Shown piece by piece: positions 35,074 to 40,251 of a DNA stretch of 50,843 bases; within the stretch, counting starts at the first letter, position 1; every line of letters starts with the position of its first letter. The position numbers and the translations under genes are program-made. The stretch is from a virus: IMG/VR virus record IMGVR_UViG_3300045988_175861; one strand, given 5' to 3'. The notes under the pieces were generated by a model. The model ran no database searches. It saw only the letters and a list, made by a program, of their open reading frames with translations, and was not told the DNA's origin.

Positions 35074-35113
35074 CAAAAATATAGGCAGGCTATCTTCACA
35101 GACTGCCTGCCTA
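35074..35113 (-). terminator. Hairpin terminator (minus strand) with AGTCTGTGAAGATA loop
   Basis: 9-bp stem TAGGCAGGC/GCCTGCCTA with a 14-nt loop. The minus-strand transcript continues into TATATTTTT. It lies directly downstream of the 35167..36249 gene. Confidence 0.75.
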
Positions 35114-35166
35114 CTGGTTTTCACCTAAACTTAATTATGAATTATTTAAACAGAATGGCTGGTATA

Positions 35167-36249
35167 TTATTCAGCTGAATTTTCAGCATTTTCTGCAGCT
35201 TTGAGTTCACTGTCAAGCTTTTCTGCAAGTTCTTTCTTAGCTTCTTCAAGCTCTTCAGTCAATTTTGCCTTCTTTGCATTCAGCTTCTCAATCTGAGCAT
35301 CAATTTGTGAAATTCTCTTTTCGGCCAATTCGATACTCTTTTCAGGAGTTAATTCCTCTTTGTTTTTTCTGTTATGCAGTCTTTCCATATATTTGGCATT
35401 CAGCTTTGCACCTTCTTCATCAAGCTCTTCTGCCAATCTCAAATCTTTATTGTCTGACACTTTGTGAGAATATTTAACAGGGAGACCTAATGCTTTCTCA
35501 TCTTCTGTTTGGTCAATTGCAATTCTGAACAGAATTCTCTTGCCTCTCTTATCTGCTACTAGTGATACAACTCTACCAGTTTCAGTCTCTGCATTCTCAA
35601 TCTTTTCTCCAATTGCTCCAGTCTTCTCATAAGCAATTGTTTTGCCGACATGGACTGAATTCTCCTCAATTGCCTTGTTAATATCTTCTTCAGCCCAAGG
35701 TTCTTTTGGCTGTGAATTTTCAGATGACCTCTTAGTGCCTCTTGCTTTCTTCGGCAATTCAACAACTTCATCTTCAATCTTAATGAGCTGAGAATCTACA
35801 GCTTTCACAATTCTCCGGCCATCATCAAGCTTAATGGCATACATTACTTTGTTTGACCTCTTTTCCTCAATGATTGAAACAACTATTCCTGGTTCCCAGA
35901 TTGCAGTATTGAAAGGCACAACTTGGCATCTATGGCCAATTGTAGTTTCTTTCAATTTTGCTGCAAGCTCAGAGCGCTCTTGGTCAGTCATCTTCTTTTT
36001 TGTTTCCTTTGAGCCACCTTTGCCTTCATAAGAGGGGTTTATGCCACCATTTTCCTCAGCTGCTTTGATTGCTGCCTCTTCTTCCGGAGTAAGTGGAGCT
36101 TCTTCAGCTTCAGCTACCTCTTTGGCTTTTTGCTGTCTAGCTTCAAGGATTGCTGTGATTTGGTCTTTCACTTCTTGAGTAGTTTCTTCACTGTTGAACA
36201 TTTCATTCAATTTCTTTGAACTCATCTGATTTAAATTCTTTGTTGCCAT
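35167..36249 (-). CDS. Hypothetical highly charged protein with an internal duplication and C-terminal coiled coil
   Basis: 360 aa, monocistronic with its own promoter module and terminator. GIVVSIIEEKRSNKVMYAIKLDD and GRVVSLVADKRGKRILFRIAIDQ are two copies of a small beta-rich module. Confidence 0.75.
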   Translation of the reverse strand: MATKNLNQMSSKKLNEMFNSEETTQEVKDQITAILEARQQKAKEVAEAEEAPLTPEEEAAIKAAEENGGINPSYEGKGGSKETKKKMTDQERSELAAKLKETTIGHRCQVVPFNTAIWEPGIVVSIIEEKRSNKVMYAIKLDDGRRIVKAVDSQLIKIEDEVVELPKKARGTKRSSENSQPKEPWAEEDINKAIEENSVHVGKTIAYEKTGAIGEKIENAETETGRVVSLVADKRGKRILFRIAIDQTEDEKALGLPVKYSHKVSDNKDLRLAEELDEEGAKLNAKYMERLHNRKNKEELTPEKSIELAEKRISQIDAQIEKLNAKKAKLTEELEEAKKELAEKLDSELKAAENAENSAE

Positions 36250-36256
36250 AATTTTT

Positions 36257-36356
36257 AGTTTTTTAATTGGTTATTATTAGCTTTAATTTGTTATTGCAAA
36301 TACGATTGTTATTTTTTAATCTTGAAAGTATTTTAGAACTTTTTTCTGTTAAATAA
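36257..36356 (-). promoter_or_regulatory. Leftward promoter module A
   Basis: On the + strand: AGTTTTTTAATTG (36257), the complement of the -7 box CGTATTTG (36297-36304), TAATCTTGAAAGT (36317) and TTTTCTGTTAAATAA (36342). The order and 20/45-nt spacings match module B. Confidence 0.65.
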
Positions 36357-36399
36357 TGTTTATGATACCTTCAACTGTTTTTCTTTAATTATCACATTG

Positions 36400-36407
36400 C
36401 AAATATA
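36400..36407 (-). promoter_or_regulatory. -7 promoter box TATATTTG (minus strand)
   Basis: Reverse complement of CAAATATA, within the 36250-36496 intergenic gap. Confidence 0.45.
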
Positions 36408-36496
36408 CATGTTTCCTGATTGTATTTTGTTAATTGCAAGTTAAAATTTTCTGGTTGTCTGTTAAATTTTGTTTTAGCATTTGCTGTTATTTCAAA

Positions 36497-36748
36497 TTAC
36501 AACTCAGCCACTTTTTCTAAATTATAACATGCGTTTTCTAAGACTCTATGCATCTTGGACCTCATTTCAGCTTCACTGATAACATTTCTTTTGAATATTA
36601 TTATGAACTGGCAAGGACTAACTTCTATTATAACTGATGAGCCTGAAAGCTCAGTCTGTAAGTTATCTACAATTATGCTATAATCACTGTTTCTAAGTGG
36701 TGCAATTTCAAATCTATAGACTACACAATCTCCATTCTCTTGTTTCAT
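36497..36748 (-). CDS. Hypothetical protein
   Basis: 83-aa ORF, the last gene of the four- or five-gene leftward operon. Confidence 0.6.
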   Translation of the reverse strand: MKQENGDCVVYRFEIAPLRNSDYSIIVDNLQTELSGSSVIIEVSPCQFIIIFKRNVISEAEMRSKMHRVLENACYNLEKVAEL

Positions 36749-36771
36749 AATTCTCAGTGTTTTTTAAATGA

Positions 36772-37077
36772 CTACAATAAATTAACTTCTCCTTTTGTTA
36801 TATCAAAAATCTGTATACCACTCAAAATATGAAACTTACCATACTTTGCAAGTCCTTTATAATTAACTATTTTCTGTGCATAATATCTATTCTGAGCTTT
36901 GCTGTAATTTATTTGATAAATTGAAGAATACCCACAAACATATAATTTTTCTCTTTCAATAATTTCACAAGAAATTCTGTTAAGTTCTATATTTCCAGCT
37001 TTGCATTCTATTGCTGTGTCTTCATACATAACATGAAAAGGGACATCTTCTGGTCTTTTGTAAATAGCTGTTTTCAT
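36772..37077 (-). CDS. Hypothetical protein
   Basis: 101-aa ORF in the leftward operon. Confidence 0.6.
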   Translation of the reverse strand: MKTAIYKRPEDVPFHVMYEDTAIECKAGNIELNRISCEIIEREKLYVCGYSSIYQINYSKAQNRYYAQKIVNYKGLAKYGKFHILSGIQIFDITKGEVNLL

Positions 37078-37089
37078 AATTATTAGTTT

Positions 37090-37185
37090 TTAAATTCCAA
37101 ACAAATGATAACTTATGATACTTATAAGGAGCATAGCCAATCCTATGGCTATGCATATATCTCCTTCTTTTTTATTGCTCTCCAT
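37090..37185 (-). CDS. Possible small membrane peptide (31 aa)
   Basis: Hand translation of the minus strand gives MESNKKEGDICIAIGLAMLLISIISYHLFGI. It fills the gap between two leftward genes. Confidence 0.4.
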   Translation of the reverse strand: MESNKKEGDICIAIGLAMLLISIISYHLFGI

Positions 37186-37199
37186 GACTACCTGAATTA

Positions 37200-37472
37200 T
37201 TACAGCTTATATTCTATTACTTTGTGGGCAGTTCTTGACTCAAATGCATTATGAGCAAACCCAAGTGTAGATGCCAACCTTACTGCTTTTTTCAATTGTA
37301 TCATTATTTCAAATGCTGCATCTTGAGCATTGTGTTCAGCGATTGAAAAATCTCTGTTGTTGCTACATTCATTCTGTGTCTTTTCAGCATTCTCAATATC
37401 AGCTAAGCATTTATTGATTTGCTTCATTGTTGCCTTAATCTCTTTTCTGTAATCTTCTGTCAAAGTCTTCAT
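37200..37472 (-). CDS. Hypothetical protein
   Basis: 90-aa helical ORF, the first gene downstream of promoter module B. Confidence 0.65.
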   Translation of the reverse strand: MKTLTEDYRKEIKATMKQINKCLADIENAEKTQNECSNNRDFSIAEHNAQDAAFEIMIQLKKAVRLASTLGFAHNAFESRTAHKVIEYKL

Positions 37473-37479
37473 AACTGTA

Positions 37480-37577
37480 AGTTTTTTAATTGTTAGTATT
37501 CTTTTGTTTTGGTATTACAAATATACAGGATAATTTCTAATCTTGAAAGTTTTTATAGTTAATTTTCTGTTAAATAA
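37480..37577 (-). promoter_or_regulatory. Leftward promoter module B
   Basis: On the + strand: AGTTTTTTAATTG (37480), the complement of TATATTTG (37518-37525), TAATCTTGAAAGT (37538) and TTTTCTGTTAAATAA (37563). Confidence 0.7.
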
Positions 37578-37579
37578 CC

Positions 37580-37594
37580 ATGCCATTGTGGCAT
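37580..37594. repeat. Palindrome ATGCCA-TTG-TGGCAT
   Basis: Perfect 6-bp arms. It is the first member of the TGGCA/TGCCA motif family that fills 37580-38320. Confidence 0.7.
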
Positions 37595-37783
37595 TAAGCA
37601 TTAATTCTTATTTCCGCATAATCATGCCAGAATGTCATATTGAAACTATCTCAAATCAGTTATCATTTAACGGCTTTATAGTGCTGTTATGAATGCAATA
37701 TTGGTGTGATATCAAATCAAAATTGTAATGGCATCATGCACACAGGTGATAATGACAAATTGGCATGTTGCATACTTGTAGGG

Positions 37784-37802
37784 TGACAGGATGACAGGAT
37801 GA
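37784..37802. repeat. 8-bp tandem repeat TGACAGGA x2.4
   Basis: TGACAGGATGACAGGATGA read directly from the sequence. Confidence 0.8.
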
Positions 37803-38006
37803 AATTTGTTGATGATTGTTAACAATTTTGCCTTGGTGCCAGATTTAAAGTGAATTTGAATGCCTGAATGCCATCATCATTTTTCGGACTAGGAAATTAT
37901 GGTAAAATAACTGCTTATTGGCTAATTGCCATCATAGCAATTTTGAAGTAACATCAAACTTACAAGCTAATAACTATTATTATATTATTGCAGCAATTTC
38001 AAATAT

Positions 38007-38080
38007 GGCATAATGGCATCATGGCAATTAGCTCAATGGCATAATGGCATCATGGCAATTAGCTCAATGGAATAATGGTA
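38007..38080. repeat. 31-bp tandem repeat x2.4
   Basis: The unit GGCATAATGGCATCATGGCAATTAGCTCAAT is perfect at 38007-38037 and 38038-38068, followed by a degenerate partial third copy. Confidence 0.9.
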
Positions 38081-38124
38081 ACAAGAATAGTAATAAATTA
38101 TTACAAGTAAGGCATTTTGACATT

Positions 38125-38160
38125 AGGCCCCTTTGTGCCTGAGAGCCGGGGCCTTTATTA
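38125..38160 (+). terminator. GC-rich hairpin, terminator-like
   Basis: 7-bp stem AGGCCCC/GGGGCCT with a 16-nt loop, followed by TTATTA. The T-tract is weak and it is isolated in an ORF-free region. Confidence 0.4.
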
Positions 38161-38200
38161 TAAATAATATGATGATGAGCTCTTTGGCAATCAGACTTTT

Positions 38201-38264
38201 TTAAGTTTTTAGGCTTTTTATTAAGTTTTTTAGGTTTTTAAGTTTTTAGGCTTTTTATTAAGTT
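38201..38264. repeat. 27-bp direct repeat (37-bp period), T-rich
   Basis: TTAAGTTTTTAGGCTTTTTATTAAGTT occurs at 38201-38227 and 38238-38264, with TTTTAGGTTT between the copies. Confidence 0.9.
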
Positions 38265-38640
38265 ATTTGATTTAATATTTTCATAAGCAGGCCCATAGAC
38301 TAAATGGCAAAATGGCATTTTTGCTTCCAAAAAAATTTTAACTATATTTCTAAGTGTGAAAAATGTTTAATCAATTTTGAGCGCTAGATTTTAATAGCTT
38401 TAAATTGACATTTATAAGTCATCGTTTTTAGGCTAATTTCTTTTCCAGAATAAAATAAAGCATATCCAGACTGACTTTTAAGGCTAATTATAATATTTAA
38501 AGTCAACGCGTGCGTACAAAGGCATCGCTTTACAAACCAATATACCGTTTATCGGTCTGGTAAAAAGCCACAATCTAAAATTATCCCATATTTGGCATTT
38601 ATTTACTATCATAAAAAGTCAAGAAACAAGAATTTTTCTT

Positions 38641-38733
38641 GTAAACAATGATAAACAATCGTAAACAATGTATCGTTTATCGATAAGTGATTGATTTTCA
38701 ATAGAATAAGCTATAATAAACAATATAAACAAT
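38641..38733. repeat. Composite ATAAACAAT iteron element, copy 2
   Basis: Boxes at 38641, 38651 and 38661 (exact 10-bp period), an inverted variant box, then GCTATAATAAACAATATAAACAATAA (boxes at 38716 and 38725). The architecture matches 17086-17179. Confidence 0.8.
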
Positions 38734-38804
38734 AATTATTCTAATAAAAGGGGTTTAATTATATAAAAAGTATATATCGTATAAATAGGGGGTATATAAC
38801 GAAA

Positions 38805-38850
38805 ACGCGCAGGCACGCGTGCGCGTGTACGCACACACATGGGCACGCAC
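38805..38850. repeat. GC-rich alternating pyrimidine-purine tract (Z-DNA-prone)
   Basis: 38814-38841 (CACGCGTGCGCGTGTACGCACACACATG) is a perfect 28-nt Py-Pu alternation. Shorter alternating runs flank it, and it contains the palindrome GCACGCGTGC. Confidence 0.85.
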
Positions 38851-38865
38851 CTTTTTAGCGATTTT

Positions 38866-39300
38866 ATTGTTTACATTGTTTATCGACGTAAAATTGGACT
38901 GTAAACGACTGATTTTTAATCACTTACAAATAAACAATATTGATAAACAATGATTTTTTTCTGACAATTTAATATGTTTATTTTGTTTATACTGGAATTT
39001 TTCTTGTTCCACTTGTCAAAATTTATCAGTGTAAATTTTACAAAGTGACACTTTGTCATTGGACAAAAGTGGTAAAATGGAAAATATACAATTTCGTTTA
39101 TTCCATTTTACTATTAGCCAGCCTAGAAACTATGTGTCGTTCTACCACTTTGCTGTCAAAACTTTTCTTGAACACTCACAACTGGCCCGGACTTCCTAGT
39201 TTGCACTTTTTATTGTTTATCTTGTTTATTCTATTATAACTGACTGAAAACTAGCAAGTTAGCGATAAACAATGCTTGTTTACTAGAAATATTTATTGTT
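38866..39300. repeat. Dispersed ATAAACAAT boxes, both orientations (about 11 copies)
   Basis: Examples: ATTGTTTACATTGTTTAT (38866 onward), AAATAAACAATATTGATAAACAATG (38929 onward), TATTGTTTATCTTGTTTAT (39208 onward), GATAAACAATGCTTGTTTAC (39263 onward). Confidence 0.7.
39040..39056. promoter_or_regulatory. Perfect 17-bp palindrome ACAAAGTG-A-CACTTTGT
   Basis: 8-bp arms read directly. It is nested within a second imperfect inverted pair (CCACTTGTC / GACAAAAGTGG) and followed by a 10-bp-stem hairpin at 39072-39111. Confidence 0.6.
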
Positions 39301-39388
39301 CCTACAAAATTTTCTCTTTTTCTTACCACAGCCAATCATCATTATACTTTTTTAACTTAAAAGACTTTTTTAATTCGCAGCCTTTATT

Positions 39389-39396
39389 CATATTTG
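39389..39396 (+). promoter_or_regulatory. -7-like promoter box CATATTTG upstream of terS
   Basis: TTCATATTTGCATAAC lies 54 nt upstream of the 39450 start. It is one mismatch from TAnnTTTG but has the same TATTTGCA core as the other boxes. Confidence 0.5.
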
Positions 39397-39449
39397 CATA
39401 ACAAGCTAATAATGAGAATTTATATAAACATAACTTTTAGAACTGTATT

Positions 39450-40160
39450 ATGCAAGAAGACAGAACAGAAAAGATACTTGAATTGCTACCAGAAGTTGAT
39501 TCAAGGCACGCTAGAGTGGTCGGCAAGCTGAGGGAGCGAGCTATAGCTGAAAAGGTTGAAGATATTGACCAGAAGTATACAGCTGCCGAACTAGCAAGAG
39601 CGAAGCTTAGAGAAAAGCGAGCAATAGAAAATCTAGAGAGCAAGAAGGCAACAGAGAGAAAAATTGATGAATCTAAGCTAGCTGAGCGTAAGAAAAATCT
39701 TGACATTTTGGAATCAATTGAGACCGACCAAGCAGCGTCTGCAAAACTCTGTGTTCCTGAACACGCTCTTCCTCTGCTTGGAACTACTAAGCCAGAAGTT
39801 GCCAAGCTGCTGACTTCACTTAATATCAATCTCAATTTGGCACTTACTAAGCAGGATACAATGAACCTGCTTTCATCGCTTTTGACTTGTAATGAATCTC
39901 AGCTGAATGCTGTATATAACAATAAAAAAGTGCCAGTTGCCATTAAGACAGTCATAAAGAGGCTATTAGAAGACGCGAAACTTGGCAATATGGATACAGT
40001 TGAGAAGCTGTGGGATAGAGTGTTTGGAAAGTCTGGTATGGTTATAGATTCAACTGCATATACAAACCAGTCACAGATAGCACCTGGACTGCTACCAAAT
40101 ACGGTTGTATCAAGAGAGGCATACATGATAATAAGAGACACAATAATTGGAGACAGATGA
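39450..40160 (+). CDS. Small terminase subunit candidate
   Basis: 236 aa directly upstream of terL, with a charged coiled-coil N-terminal half. The C-terminal ...IKRLLEDAKLGNMDTVEKLWDRVFGKSG resembles the A..G.......L.DR..GK segment of small terminases. Confidence 0.55.
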   Translation: MQEDRTEKILELLPEVDSRHARVVGKLRERAIAEKVEDIDQKYTAAELARAKLREKRAIENLESKKATERKIDESKLAERKKNLDILESIETDQAASAKLCVPEHALPLLGTTKPEVAKLLTSLNINLNLALTKQDTMNLLSSLLTCNESQLNAVYNNKKVPVAIKTVIKRLLEDAKLGNMDTVEKLWDRVFGKSGMVIDSTAYTNQSQIAPGLLPNTVVSREAYMIIRDTIIGDR

Positions 40161-40186
40161 TAGCCTCTATGCGCCAAGCGCACTCT

Positions 40187-40217
40187 CGTACGTGCACATA
40201 CACACGTACACATACAT
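40187..40217. repeat. Alternating pyrimidine-purine tract (31 nt, perfect)
   Basis: CGTACGTGCACATACACACGTACACATACAT, preceded by the GC-rich GCGCCAAGCGCAC. It lies in the 91-nt terS-terL gap. Confidence 0.85.
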
Positions 40218-40251
40218 TAATATGAACTGATAGGCTTTAGCATCATATAAC

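Noticed and set aside
38007-38264. Tandem and direct repeats as a possible CRISPR array
   Set aside because: There are only two or three contiguous copies with no unique spacers of regular length, the repeats have no palindromic structure typical of CRISPR, and there are no cas genes.
39045-39239. 64-aa ORF (GTG start) in the ORF-free region; also 39437..39835 (-) and 39899..40213 (-)
   Set aside because: The first has a GTG start, no promoter context and a hydrophobic low-complexity product, and it spans palindromes and iteron boxes. The two minus-strand ORFs are antisense to terS, and the second begins in the alternating Py-Pu tract (MCTCVCARTRVR...).
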